Shown here in pieces: positions 1 through 13,335 of a stretch of DNA of 64,000 nucleotides. The notes under the pieces were generated by a model that had not been told where the DNA came from, searched no databases, and saw only the letters and a list, made by a program, of their open reading frames with translations. A program made the position numbers and the translations under genes. Each line of letters starts with the position of its first letter. Position 1 is the stretch's first letter. The DNA is from Octopus vulgaris (taxonomy: Eukaryota), in contig OX597817.1 in NCBI GenBank assembly GCA_951406725.2, positions 65,658,001-65,722,000 on the forward strand, in the 5' to 3' direction.

Positions 1-322
1 TCACACAGTTTGTGACATACCATTGTCGACTTTATCAAGGGATTTTGCAAAGTCGAAATATATCACATCCTCACTTGAGTCATTTAGCAGTTGTTTTAAC
101 ACCCAGTCGTAGTGTTGCAAGAGCTGTATTAGACAACTTCTACCTCGTCGAAATCCATGCTTGGTCAGCAAATCATTTTCTTCAAGGAACGCAATTAGTT
201 TCTTGCGGACTATTCGTTCCATGACTTTGCTGATGTCTGAGATCAGTGAGTCAGGCCTATAATTTTTAGCATCTGCTCTGCTTCCTCCCTTATGGATAAG
301 GCATATTATCCCTTCTTTCAGT
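1..322 (-). mobile_element. LINE reverse transcriptase fragment (CR1/jockey-like), continues off the window edge
   Basis: IHKGGSRADAKNYRP..SKVMERIV..QHGFRRGRSC-like..DFAKSLDKV RT motifs, abutting a (TG)n tract. Confidence 0.85.
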
Positions 323-327
323 TTATA

Positions 328-330
328 TAT

Positions 331-424
<94 letters not shown>
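328..424. repeat. (TG)n microsatellite, representative of dozens of (TA)n, (TG)n, (GATA)n, (TATG)n, (AAT)n and (CT)n tracts across the window
   Basis: Direct reading. Confidence 0.98.
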
Positions 425-427
<3 letters not shown>

Positions 428-1138
428 TTTGTGTGTGTACGTATATAGGTACAAATGTATGTATAAATGAATAAATGAATGATTAAGATGATCAATAATA
501 ATTAAACATCTGAAGAGAAAAATAAGCGAAATACTGCATGTACTACTAATGATTTATTACTGATCGGCAAGGTTCCAATATCATCTTTAGAAGTATGTTT
601 TACGAGCCCAATGGAAATAATGTGATTCTCATTCATAAATTTTAAAGTAGCAAACTACTCAGTGCAAAGTGTACACTTGGATGCCTTTTTGACTCGTTTC
701 CTTTCCCTTTTTTACGAAGACCATACCAATGAAATCCCTAGATATAGTATTTCTCTCACAGATGTAAAATGAAGGAAATTGGAGCTCAGCGTATATTTCT
801 CTTCTCTGTTATCTTTTACATGTGTCACTTATAGAACTGCGGTCGTATTAGGGAACCGCATTGAAAGATTTAGTCGAACAAATCAACACCAGTACTTATT
901 TCTTGAAATCTGTTACTTATTCTATCGGTTTCTTTTGCCGAATCGCTAACTTATGCTGATTTAAACCAGCACGCTTTGAAAGACGGTGGGAAACGCACGC
1001 ACACGCGCCTCCGCCCTCACACACATACGCACATTCTTCTATTCTAGAGCATCGCCGGTATATACATACATACTATATGTATATATATATGTATGTATGT
1101 ATGTATGTATAAATAGATAGATAGATAGATAGATAGAC

Positions 1139-1222
<84 letters not shown>

Positions 1223-2182
1223 TGATAGATAGATAGATATACAAAGTATACAATTTTATAAATATAATTATAACATTATAGTAAGGGTAATTACGAGATA
1301 ATGCCACGCGAGGTAATTGCCCTTACTATAATTTTATAATTATATTTGTAGACTTATATACTTTGTATTAATTTTTACCTTAATTGGTTTTTACACGTAA
1401 ACTACTTGATAAAATCGTATATAGGTTTTATCCTTAACTGTAATTGATATATATATTGTTGTGTAATTGATATATATATTGTGTTTTTTTGTTTTTTTAT
1501 GTTTTCTTGTTTGGATTAACTTTATATATATATATATATGTAAATGTAAAAAAATACAAACTGGGACAAGAACGTAAAACATTTAGAAGACGATACAAAA
1601 AACACGGACGGGACATTCGAAGCCTTCAATCTTCAGTCAAGAACCGGATCATCTTCGCAATTTCGGCTGATTAATCTTGATATTGCTCCGATCTGGCCAG
1701 CCCCAAAGGAAAATCTAAGCCAAGCGCATTAGATTCCTTGGAAGAAAGCCTCGAATGTATACAAAACAAGGACGGAAAACCGGACGATGTTACACGAATA
1801 AAAATACAAAAATACGTAAAAACAATAATGATAACATGAATAAGAATACAAAAATACGTAAAAACAATAATGATAATAATAATAACAGCAAAAACAGGAC
1901 GTCACAAACAAGCGTCTTTTCGACAGGACGAGTAAATTTTTGAGCTGGCGTTTATATATATATATATATATATATCAATTACAATTAAGAATGAAATCTA
2001 TATAAGATTTTATACTTAATTATATACTTTTTATTTATTATTTTATACTTTACTTTATTATTGGTATATGTTTTTATTATAAATCTAATTTTTTTCTATA
2101 TGGTATAATTTAATTATATCATTGTTATTTCATTGTTGAATTGATATAAGGTGGTTCTTCTCTAATTTATATACATACAAAT

Positions 2183-2228
<46 letters not shown>

Positions 2229-2254
2229 GTATATTTAGTATTAATTTAAAGTAG

Positions 2255-2343
<89 letters not shown>

Positions 2344-2967
2344 TGCACTCAACAAGCTTTCATACACTTTCTGTCGAACAAGTTTACTCAGAAGGCTTTA
2401 GTTGGCCCCTGGCTTATAGGTAGGAGATACCTGCTTAAGGTGACCCACTGAACTTGAAACTGCGTGATTGTAAAGCGAACTTTTTAACCACAGAGTCATA
2501 TATATACCCATAGTAATATATATTCATTTTAATATTTATGCTTTCATTTCTGCTTTTTAGGTGCAACTGCTTATGTATATTATACACACTCTGATTTTTA
2601 TATTCTTTCACGAATATATTTGAGCATCCTCGTAAACTGAATCATAGAAATATAACATGATATATTTCGTAAAATAGTTATTTTTACTTCCCTCTCACTT
2701 CACCACTATATATATACATACATATATACATACACACACATATATATATATATATATATACACTTACACACTCACACTCATACACACGTATACAGAGAGA
2801 GGGGGGGAGAGGGGGAGAGAGAGAGAGGAGAATACTACAATGGGCCTTGTTTCAATCACCATTTGGTAATTGTGATACATCCTCTAATTTTAATACATCA
2901 AGAATCTATATTGTATTATATGTCATACATCTGCATTTGGCGATATATATATATGTATAAATATATA

Positions 2968-3172
2968 CACGCACTCAGTACATCGCAGTTCACCTATCGC
3001 GCACTCAGCACATCGCGGGTTTTTCTGGATATGATACATATAAATTTATATCGTGGTCCCCTCAGTATATTGCGGGTTTCTGCGGCCGAGAGATATTTAT
3101 TTTATTTAGATTTTAATTATTTCTGTGGGAGGTTTTGGAATGTAACACCCGCAATAGTCGAGAGATTGCTGT
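2968..3172. mobile_element. Tigger/pogo-type MITE remnant
   Basis: Repeated 'cgcactcagtacatcgc' subterminal units and an end resembling 'ggaacgtaacccccgcga...ttactg'. Confidence 0.4.
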
Positions 3173-3487
3173 GTGTATATATCAACAAATACAGATATAT
3201 TAAATATATTTACTGACAGGAAATAAGCTGTTCCCTGGAAGCGATGGAGACACACTGTTGACAATTCCCATTAAGATGAGACAGTACAGTCCAGTATTCT
3301 AGTTTTGCTTCGCTCATGTGGCACTTATCTACCCTATTAGTATAATATATGTGCTTTTTCGCAACTATAAGTGGTTTAACTTCTATTTCTAGCAATATAT
3401 GGGCTTGTAGTACATATATTTACAATTAGTGACGACTAAAATTTGTCTATACGGTTTATATTGCAACCAACTGCCCACATTAATTAC

Positions 3488-3518
<31 letters not shown>

Positions 3519-3582
3519 TGTATGTATGTATGTATGTATGTATGTATGTATGTATGTATGTATGTATGTATGTATGTATGTA

Positions 3583-3669
<87 letters not shown>

Positions 3670-4099
3670 TAAAGAAATTATATAGTTGTTTCTGAAGATC
3701 TGCTGTTCTTTTACTTTCCAATAAGGTGTTTTGCCTTTCGCAATGGTTGTTTTGAAGGCAGAGAATTTTAATATGCAATACGTTTTATATGAAATAAAAT
3801 TCTCTTGAATAATTGTTCCCATTAGTTTTGATAATAACATCAAACGCAATGACACAAATGCGTATGTCTGAGTGTTTACTGTGTATGGTTATATGCGAAT
3901 GCGTGTATATGTGTGTTTCTATGCATACATACACTTACAAACATTTTTGTGCTCTGAAACTTGACAAAGTTATTGGATGTATGTATGTATGTATGTGTGT
4001 ATATATATATATATAAGCAATATTTGAAATATAGATATTATATATATATATAAAAATAAAATTTTATATATATATAAAATTTTATTTTTATTTTGTTCC

Positions 4100-4960
4100 C
4101 ATTTTTATACATGAACATTTGCACACTTTTTATAATGCCCAAACTTTGCGTATATCCAGAGTCCTAAAATAATATATTACAAAATATCCACGTTTGAAAC
4201 AAAGTTGAAAAATTATTTATAAACACACAGCCCACAAATTCTACCTCCCTAAAAAACAAGAGTTAAAATCTCTAGATACTAATCAAATTGATGAAAGAAC
4301 AATGAACAACAAGGGAGCAACATACAGCCCCACAGACTTTATATTCACTTTCTTGTGAACATCAAAGCACAAAAGAAACAATTTTCCAAACTAACATCAT
4401 AGCATGCTTGACTAATAACCCCTACCTTCCAAATAAAAACAGACAATACCTTAAATAACAAAAACAAGAAGTAAAGAAACTGACCAGCTAAAACATACAA
4501 CCTACTAACATTCTTTCATGAACCCCTAAAATATTCCATGACAAAACAGCTGACACATCAAATTGTTAAGTTTTTAAATACTGGACTTTGACTTTTAAAT
4601 TGTGAAAGCAAAGGATTAAATCCAATAAAACCAAAAGCAATTAAAACTTGTGACATCTCTTCTGCCTACCTTACAAATAGGGCACACCTAATCATACACA
4701 CTTGATTACAAAGTTCTACACACATGAATAAGTTCTAAATAATATCATAACCACGAATTTAATCAATAAAATTTCTCCAAAGCATCTCTCCGTAACCCCC
4801 CCCCCCCTTAAACCTAATTACTATTACACTCAGACCCACAAAACCTGCGAAGATTTCAACTCAACAGAAACTGTTTAAAACCATGATAGATAGACTTCAA
4901 TACATCGCAGTCCAACAATGGTTTAACTGGTCGAAACTTCCAACTCACTATCAATAATAT
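4100..4960 (+). mobile_element. Highly decayed Penelope-like element (GIY-YIG region and tail)
   Basis: A/C-skewed unique block between (TA)n tracts. A 'F-NCESKGL'-like peptide at about 4590-4620 resembles the start of a PLE GIY-YIG domain; many stops. Confidence 0.3.
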
Positions 4961-4990
4961 TCTTGCTTAAGAATTACATATATATATGTA

Positions 4991-5071
<81 letters not shown>

Positions 5072-5398
5072 CATATATATACATATATACATATATATAC
5101 TCATATATATACACGCACATATACATACATATATGTGAGTATATGTGTATGTATACAAGCAGAGTAACATTAATTAATGTCCCATCAAGGTAATATATAC
5201 ACTTATTCATTGAGTGACTTTTTTTTGTTTTCTCTATCAGTTCTATTTTCCTTCATATAACTTGTTTTTCATGTTTCTAATTAATTTCCAACTAGTTATA
5301 CAGCTCTCACAGTGGAAAATAGTTCGTTTAGAACAATTAAGATGCATCCTGTGAAGGATGTGTATGTGTATTCTACACATGTATATACATATGCATGC

Positions 5399-5452
<54 letters not shown>

Positions 5453-6079
5453 GCATACATACGTATACATAAATGAATATGTGTGCGCGCGTTCGTAAGT
5501 ATGTATGCATGTATGTATGCATTCATGGTTATGTATGCATGTATGAATGTATTTAACTCTAGACGATAGGATTCTCTCTGAAATATGGTAAACTGAAGAG
5601 AGGTGGTTACATCCGCACATCATCATTATTTTGTAATGTGCATATAAAAAAATTTCCATAAAAAATTTCCCATAAAACAATTTATTAAAAGCTTTTTCTC
5701 TAAATGGTGAAAATCTGAAAAATCGTTAGAAAATATCGACTGGGAAAAAATCCGATAAAATAAAAAAAATATATTGCTATTTCCATGAAATATTCTAGAA
5801 TCATAAAATGCTTATAAATTAGTTAATTATCGGAGTCATGCTTTCAGTGTCATTACATATGTTGAAAGGATGAGAAATGGTAGATATTGGTGTGCGTTAG
5901 CTACCCAAAGTTTCTGGAGCCATTAACGTTATTATGTGTAGTATAGCTATATATTTTAACCAACACTGTATGTGACAGACAGATGTAAACACCGAATCAT
6001 ATCTCTGCATATATCTTCGTTGACAGAAAGTGAGGGATCGACTGAAGTTTTATGTGTGAATGTGCGCGCACGTGTATAT

Positions 6080-6173
<94 letters not shown>

Positions 6174-6725
6174 TATATGTACAGATAGATACATAAATAT
6201 ATATATATTCATATATATAAACACGCGCTCACACCCACACACACATATATATATGTTTATCACCATTTTCTCTTTTTCATATTTTAGTTTAAACTCCACT
6301 CGTTGTTACAAAACCGTTTCGCACTTCTACGTAATTTTGCCATACCTTTGCACACAACATCAATCACGCCTTTGAAATAGCTGTTACTGTCCCATTTATT
6401 TCATCGGTATATTTTCCTTTCACATTCGCTCTCACCTCACCATACGCACTCTCGTGCCCCACCGAATAATTACACACACTCGACAACACCCCACACCCCC
6501 AATCACACACGCAACACTCCAACTTTTCTAATAATAACATCCCCATTCCCCTAATAACACCTCCACGTCCCTAAAATACCCTAGACCCCAACTAACATAC
6601 GCACTATACACTTCCACATTTGCACACCTCAATACTCAGACATACACCACGTTAAAGTACGCACCCTCCACATCCCAATTATGTCCACTTTTAGACACAT
6701 AAACTCTAATACTTTCAAATTAAAG

Positions 6726-7040
6726 CTTTGTTTGATGACATATCTTGAAGCTAGAGCTTTGTTTGATTGTATATCCTAAGACAAATGCTTTGTTTGATGA
6801 TATACCTTCAAATTAGAGCTTTGATATATTCTGGAATTAATGCTGAAATTTGTGTTTTGTTTGGTGGTTTATCCTCTGAGAAACGGTTTGTTTGATAATA
6901 TACCTAGTACTGTGTTTGATGGTATATCATGAACCTAGTAATTTGTTTCATGATATATCTTCAAACTAGTACTTTCTTTGATGATATAATCTCAAAATTG
7001 TGCTTTGATATCGCCTCAAACTAGTGCTTCTTTTGATAAT
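6726..7040. repeat. Degenerate minisatellite, about 31-bp unit (ctttgtttgatgatatatcttcaaactagag), roughly 10 copies
   Basis: Direct reading of recurring tttgatgatata/aaactag motifs. Confidence 0.75.
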
Positions 7041-7799
7041 CTTTAAAAGTATATATGTATATATATTTTAGACAATGTATTCAAAGCCCTTCCTTTTTAA
7101 AGATCGTAGTATGTGATGTTAGATTTTGTAGTTATATCTAGTTGGTCGAGTGACTACATGGAGGTTTGGCTACCCCATATCAATATTGTTATGGAATACA
7201 TATTTATATATATGTTGTTTTTGTTGTTGTTATTATTGATGTTACCATGATGGAGCGAATCTGTGATCAAAAACATTTTAATCATGATTAACTCATCTTG
7301 TTTGGACATAGGAGAGTATCTAGGATCGCGTTTTTTAAAATCTTTCTTTCACAAAGATAGAGTGTGATATGAAAGAGATTAGGTGCTCCTTCTAGTAAAG
7401 TAAAGTGATCATGTATATGTCTTTCTCATTTGGTTCGTTGCTTCGGTAGTAATTCTTCAAGCGACACTTGTTATTGTACAGCACTCTTTATTGTCTTGCA
7501 GTTGTTACAAATGGTATTTTTTTTATATGGACTGTGTTCCACGGGAGATGTTATTGCAATTACTGTACTTATCTTTCTCTCACTGTACTTATCTTTCTGT
7601 TACTGCACATGTTTTTAGTATTGTTGTTATAATCTTGCTATTTTAGGTGCTGTTACTACCGTTGCTACCGCTGCTACTTCTATTATTGTTATTACCGTTG
7701 CTGCTGCTGCTGTTTCTGTCATTGCTAATCTTCATATTGTTGTTGATATTGCAGTTGCTGCAGGAGTCATTATTCTTGTTATAGCTACTGTTGTTGTAT

Positions 7800-8120
7800 G
7801 AAGGTGCGTAGCATAGTGGTTGGGATATTCGGCTCACAATCGTATGGTCGTGAGTTCGATTTCCAACAATGTGTTGTGTTCTTGAGCAAGACACTTTATT
7901 TCAGGTTGCTCCAGCTCACTCAGCAGGCGAAAATGAGTTGTACCTATGATTCAAATGGCTAGCCTTGTCACATTCTGTATTACGCTGAATTTCCCTGAGA
8001 ACTACGTTAAGGGTATACGTTTCTGTGGTAGACTCAACCACTTTCACGCTAATTTTATGAGCAGGATGTACTGTTGATCGGTTCAACGGGAATACTCGTC
8101 GTAACTGACGGAGTACCAAT
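7800..8120 (+). mobile_element. tRNA-derived SINE
   Basis: A-box-like tagcatagtgg and B-box gagttcgat, then the core 'tgtgttcttgagcaagacactttatttc' shared with the copies at 18012, 44837 and 58540. Confidence 0.8.
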
Positions 8121-8561
8121 TAGTTACTGCAGCTGTTGATATTGCTCTCGTTGTGGCTGATGTTTTTATTGATGTTACTTCTGTTATTGTTTACAATTTT
8201 TACATCTCTTCTTGTCACTGCTGTTCATCTCGCAATTTCTCCTGCTTTTATAGTTATTGAAGTAACTGTTCCTACAGTAGTTGTTGCTGTTGTCCTTGTT
8301 GCTGCTGCAGCTTTTTTTTATCTCGTGGTACTCTTGTTGTTGCTACAACTATTGAATTTGTTCATGTGGTTATTGTGGCTGTTGTAGTCTTTGATAGTGT
8401 TGCTGTTGCTGTTGTTGATATTGTCAATGTTATCTGACCTTTCAAAACTAATTGCCTTTCTTAATACTGTTTATAATGTTGTCCTTTTCTCTCATCCACC
8501 TTGACCTGCACCGTTTAAGGAGGCTCATTCATGCCTTTGGTGAACAAAGAACTCTTTGCAG

Positions 8562-8660
8562 TTCGGATTCACTTCTACATAACCATGCTGAAAATTATAC
8601 TGGACACTACGGAAGTCAGCATATCTACCGGAAGTATTGAGGAGACGGCACCCATTACAG
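8562..8660 (+). CDS. Candidate upstream exon of the CRD gene (…VRIHFYITMLKIILDTTEVSISTGSIEETAPIT)
   Basis: Donor ACAG|gtaaaa is phase 1 and compatible with the CRD exon. Possible acceptor ctctttgcag, or an in-frame ATG at 8531. No domain recognised. Confidence 0.2.
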
Positions 8661-9479
8661 GTAAAAGCTTTCTGAACATAATATTATAACATTGAAGTTT
8701 CATAGCAGTGTAACACATCAAAAGTTTGCCAGCACAAAAACATACCAAATGTTATCTTCACTTTACATTACATCTCTATTCAGAATATCTACTCAGTATC
8801 TTTACCTAGTTATTCGTTCCTTAATACTTAGACTTTTAACGGCGAGTCTGAACTTCTACTGAGGAATTTCGAAACAGATGAAACACGTTCGGTGTCATCT
8901 CTAGTATTTTAGAATGAAAAAAGAAAACGTTTTATTCTCTGGCGTAATTCATTATTCAACTTTTTAACATTCCAAGCATGAAAATATTCTTTCATCATAT
9001 AACCAAGGTAAATCAGCTTGTTGGGATTCATGTCTGCCACTAATACTGCTATTAAATTGCAGCAGCGATATAAATGGTCTTTACATATCATAAACATAAT
9101 TTGAAATCAAAAATATGGAGTAGGTCCACTGACAAGACAAGAATAATCCATATTTATGTCTAATCAGGAAGTATGCTATACTTTGTTGAGCGATTGATAT
9201 TTCCTTTCTTCAAATTGTGTATTATGGATTCTATTCTTTTTAAATTATCTGTATTTTTAACTATTCAAATTTATCTTCATAAATATTTCATTTATTTCAT
9301 AGGATAATTTGTCAACAACTTAGCTCTAGCAAGATGGGTAATTCAGTTATGTCAAGTATAGTAAGGTATCCTACCTCGGTTCGATGTTTTCGATGAGGAT
9401 TAAACACACAAATATGAACGATTACCTGCTAAAATTATAGATTAAATTTTATTAAACATAAGAACAATTTGAGACAAAA

Positions 9480-10390
9480 TATTCAGAGCAACAACTGATG
9501 GCATGGTTACACAACAGAACGCCTTCTTCATTCTCTCGCCTCGAGATAGGTCTATTAATGCAGTTCTTTTTCCTCTCCGGCCTCCTCCCTGCGACGTCCA
9601 TCTCTCTCCGCTTTGTGAATGTCCGTCACCCCAAAGCAAAAGGGACGCCATCCAGTGCAGTATGAATCGGACCGGCTGGTGCGCCGGCTTGACCAACACC
9701 GTCTGGCATGTTTCCCCTCGGCTCCCAGCCTCACAGCGAAGCCTGGCTCAACGCAGTCCATCACTCTCGACTGGCATTCTGCTTAGTTGCGACTGTCTAT
9801 GCATCAGTGCTTCCCCGAAACTTGGTCTCCAGATCTGAGCCTCTCAAGTGCCGCTACGGAACTAATGTGAATTCTGTCGGTCTCCACCCATTGTCATACC
9901 ATTATAGTGCCGGTAGCTTTCCACGCCGTACTGCTTTTAATGAGGTCATAAAATATGGTCAAAACGCCGTAGGCTTCTCTTCGCAGCTCGAACCAGAGAA
10001 GCTAGTCCAAGGGGACGGTAAAAATCCCAGACGGCATGATACTTTTCCCGTTCCGCGGTGGTAGGCCTCTCATCTGGAATATCACATGCTGAGATACCTT
10101 TTCCAACGGCAATCTGGTGTATTCAGTTGCTCATCAAGTCGAGATGGGTAAACTGTCAAAGTATCGGCGGTTCTCTGACAGATTTGTGGTCGAACTTGTT
10201 GCAGGGGACACCTCTAACGTTCTCGGCCCTTTGACCACATCCCTGCTCACCGATATAGGGGCGGATATAGCTATTCGCTCGTGCGAGCCCCGTGAGTCAC
10301 AGTGCTTGTCCCAGCGCATCTCTCTCGCCAGCTTCCGGGGCAATGCCGTTTCAATTCTCGTCATGAGACGGACTGAAAAGCCTTTTTAGA
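9480..10390 (+). mobile_element. CRE/SLACS-like non-LTR retrotransposon 3' fragment (restriction-like endonuclease region), frameshifted
   Basis: GC-rich island. AWLNAV..., KCRYG..GLHPLS..RRTAFNEVIK..LEP..GDGKNP(DG)..LIW and RISLASFRGNAVSIL match the zinc-knuckle plus PD-(D/E)xK C-terminus of CRE-clade elements. Confidence 0.75.
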
Positions 10391-11235
10391 TATTACTTGC
10401 TACTTATTGTTTTATTTAACTAATCATAATTTAATACAAGAAGACCAGATTTACCTAAACCTAAGTTTCTGTTGTACATTTTGAGTGAAATATGCTCCTC
10501 TCTGCTTATTTGTCCTAGTTTATAATAACTACTAGACGGCCATCAGGAAGAAAGATTATACTTTGATAGTAGCAGCAGAGATGAATTAACCATTAAACGA
10601 AATAAGGCCATGTTTAGAGTAACAGAGTTTTTACTAGTACCGGATATATTATGGAGCAAATGGTAAATCATAACAGTTCATTTTAATAATCAAAAAGAAA
10701 AGTTTTGAAAGTTTTCGTTTTTTTTTTTTTTTTTTGTTAAACTTTTTTTACATTAATTGCTGTTATTTAGTGTTAAATATATAAAACTGAAAAACAAGTA
10801 ATGTCGAAGAGTCGGGCCTGGAGGATGGGCTAGAAGAAAATCGAATTCTTTATCTATTAATTCACATTCATTTATATATTTAATCTAAGAGACACACTGT
10901 TGAACTGTTCCTAGAGAATAGGTTGGCAGTAATCCGGTCGTCAGTGGCAGGATAGTTTACATTACTAGTGCCCGTCATAAAAGCATGTTCGCATCAGTTC
11001 GATGTTTTCGACAATAACCCCTTAAGTCTTAGCCATAAATTTACAAGTAAAAGCGGAGAGCTTTATGTTCTGAAGTCAAATTCTGCCGAGGTAAACATTG
11101 CCAATCATCCCACCAGGGTCGATAAGTAGCAGTGAAGTACTGGGATAGACAGTATCGACTTCAATATTGCCAACCTTTTGTCTAAATTAGAAACCATTAA
11201 TTTATATGTTAATGCTCTTTTTCTCATTTCTCTAG

Positions 11236-11478
11236 TTACAGCTCGCTGCCAACCGTTGGTGTTTCATCCCTGTATATCTTTAGGTTATTCTCAGACATTT
11301 TTCCCAAATCTGTTTGGTGACGATAACCAGACTGCTGCTCGGCAACGCTTTCGAACCGTAGTTGAACCTTTACTGGATCGAAGATGTTCCAAACAACTGT
11401 TGGGTTTCTATTGCGGCCTCATCTTTCCGAAATGCACAGGTCGAATTCCTGTGTTTCCTTGCAGAGATTTGTGTGTTG
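11236..11478 (+). CDS. Exon encoding the first 7 cysteines of a Frizzled-type cysteine-rich domain (FZ/CRD)
   Basis: CQPLVFHPCISLGYSQTFFPNLFG...CSKQLLGFYCGLIFPKCTGRIPVFPCRDLC is classic CRD spacing. Acceptor tctag (exon start 11236) or ttacag (11242), both phase 1; donor G|gtaggt, phase 1. Confidence 0.85.
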
Positions 11479-11541
11479 GTAGGTGATTTGTTTACATGTA
11501 TGAACACTGCAAGTTATCATTGACATATACATGCATGCTCG

Positions 11542-11610
<69 letters not shown>

Positions 11611-12508
11611 GCACACACATGCAAACAAACACATACACATGCAAACACGCACATATACATACATTTAGCCCTTTATTCAGTGGTACAAATTGTCTTACGC
11701 TTGCATTCATACACTCACACACACATACACACACACGCATACATACACACATATACACACAGATTAGCACGCTTACACATTCACTCATGCAGATTCAGAC
11801 ATACATTGTATTCAACGCTCTAGCGACTTCGCCAATTTGCCACTTGGAGAAGTAGTATAGTTGAAACAATAAATTTGTGGGTTGCACCTTGGTTTTTCGA
11901 ACGACTATCCAAAAACCCAAACTCAGTCCGAGGACAGCTGATCTACGACTACACGACAACAATAACAACTGGCGTACAGAAATAGCTAAAATACATTTGA
12001 CAGAGTACATATCCTGATGTCTCCATACTATTAACAGCTCAATAGTAAAGGGTAGTATAACAGCAAGAACAATGTTTTCGGGTTTTCAGAGAAGAGTAAA
12101 TAAGAAGAGTTAGTGATGTAAGAGAAGTAAAAAAAAAAGTTGAAAATAGTATTTCAAACTGTGATACGGACTCGACGCGCCACCACTTAACATGAATTCG
12201 TGGGCGTTTAAATAAAATATTTGGTTTCGTTCAATTAAATTCGAAGTCTAGTATATTCATGGTCGAAAGAAGAAAATTTCCCAACTACCTGAAAATGGTT
12301 TTAAAACGAGAACTTAAACCATTTCTTATTTTTATATTTTATAGGCACATAAATGTTAAGAAAATACATTTATACGTATGCTTGTGCGCATATCACTACA
12401 CATACATAAACGCCCAAGAATAAACACATTCATGCAAGAGACAAAAGATAAGCATGAGGGGAGTAACAAAATGCACAAAGTCAATTTTATGTGTATGAAT
12501 GTGTGTCG

Positions 12509-12549
<41 letters not shown>

Positions 12550-12623
12550 CGTTTGTGAATATCCTTTGGTTTTAACGAGCGGAAGAAAATATTATCCATT
12601 ACTACGTAGTAGTTATCCAGTTG

Positions 12624-12671
12624 CTTGTTACTCTAAAGTTTCCCCGACGTATATTCGGATCATCAAACAAG
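12624..12671 (-). ncRNA. Minimal type I hammerhead ribozyme (C3U core variant)
   Basis: Minus strand reads CTTGT-TTGATGA-TCCGA(atatacg)TCGGG-GAAAC-TTTAGA-GTA-ACAAG: stem I 5 bp, stem II 5 bp, near-palindromic helix III, GUA triplet. Confidence 0.75.
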
Positions 12672-12896
12672 TCAAATACTCTAAGGAACTGACCAAAAGT
12701 CAGTGTTACTCCGACATTTGACCCAGTAAGAAGCTACTGGGTCAGCCTATACAGACTATATTCATCTATGTGAGTGCATATATGTAAATACACACACACA
12801 TGAATATATATATATATATATATTAATTTATTTAAGAAAGATAAGAAAATAGAGATAAATCAATTAATAATTATTTATTAATTGCAAAAATAGACA

Positions 12897-12981
12897 TAAT
12901 CTTTGACAGCTGTTTCGATTCAAACTTCAGAAATTAATTAGAATAGTTAAAACATTATAAAGTATGAATCTCGTCGGATTC
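12897..12981 (-). ncRNA. Hammerhead ribozyme relic (U4C core, long stem II) in a Penelope-like tail
   Basis: Minus strand: CCGACGA-GATTCATACTT...AAGTTTGAATC-GAAAC-AGCT-GTC. Stem II 10/11 bp, palindromic ACAGCTGT helix III, GUC triplet; stem I is damaged. Confidence 0.65.
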
Positions 12982-12982
12982 A

Positions 12983-13330
12983 TCAAGGGCAGCTACTTGG
13001 ATTTGATGAGCTGTAGGTCTTTGGGTATACGAGAGTCGTCGACAAGAAATTATCTGTGATGGCAATAACTATAGAATATATCTGATCTCCGGAGATCCGC
13101 AATAGCTTTATCAATAATGCCTCCCCTACTTTTAAGTTTCCTGACGAATTAGAACATAGAAGTGAAATTTTGCCTCTCCTTCGATGTGAATATGCAAAGA
13201 TGACAATAATATTAGCTTTTGAATGTATTCGCAAGAAAGTCTAGGAGTGTTATAGATGTTCCATATATTATCACTTTAGAAAGGAAAGTTTGTCCAAGCA
13301 AACATGTTCGGGAATTTCTGAAGTTATATC
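12983..13330 (-). mobile_element. Penelope-like GIY-YIG endonuclease C-terminal fragment
   Basis: ...KISLLCSNSSGNLKVGEALLIKLLR resembles the PLE 'LKIxESLLIK' motif and lies directly 5' of the hammerhead relic on the same strand. Confidence 0.45.
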
Positions 13331-13335
13331 TAGGT

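Noticed and set aside
1605-1645. Hammerhead-like CTGAAGA...CGAA on the minus strand
   Set aside because: GAAA is incomplete (GAAT), and stems I and III cannot form.
4035-4090. AT-only palindrome
   Set aside because: Low complexity around (TA)n, explained by slippage or fold-back.
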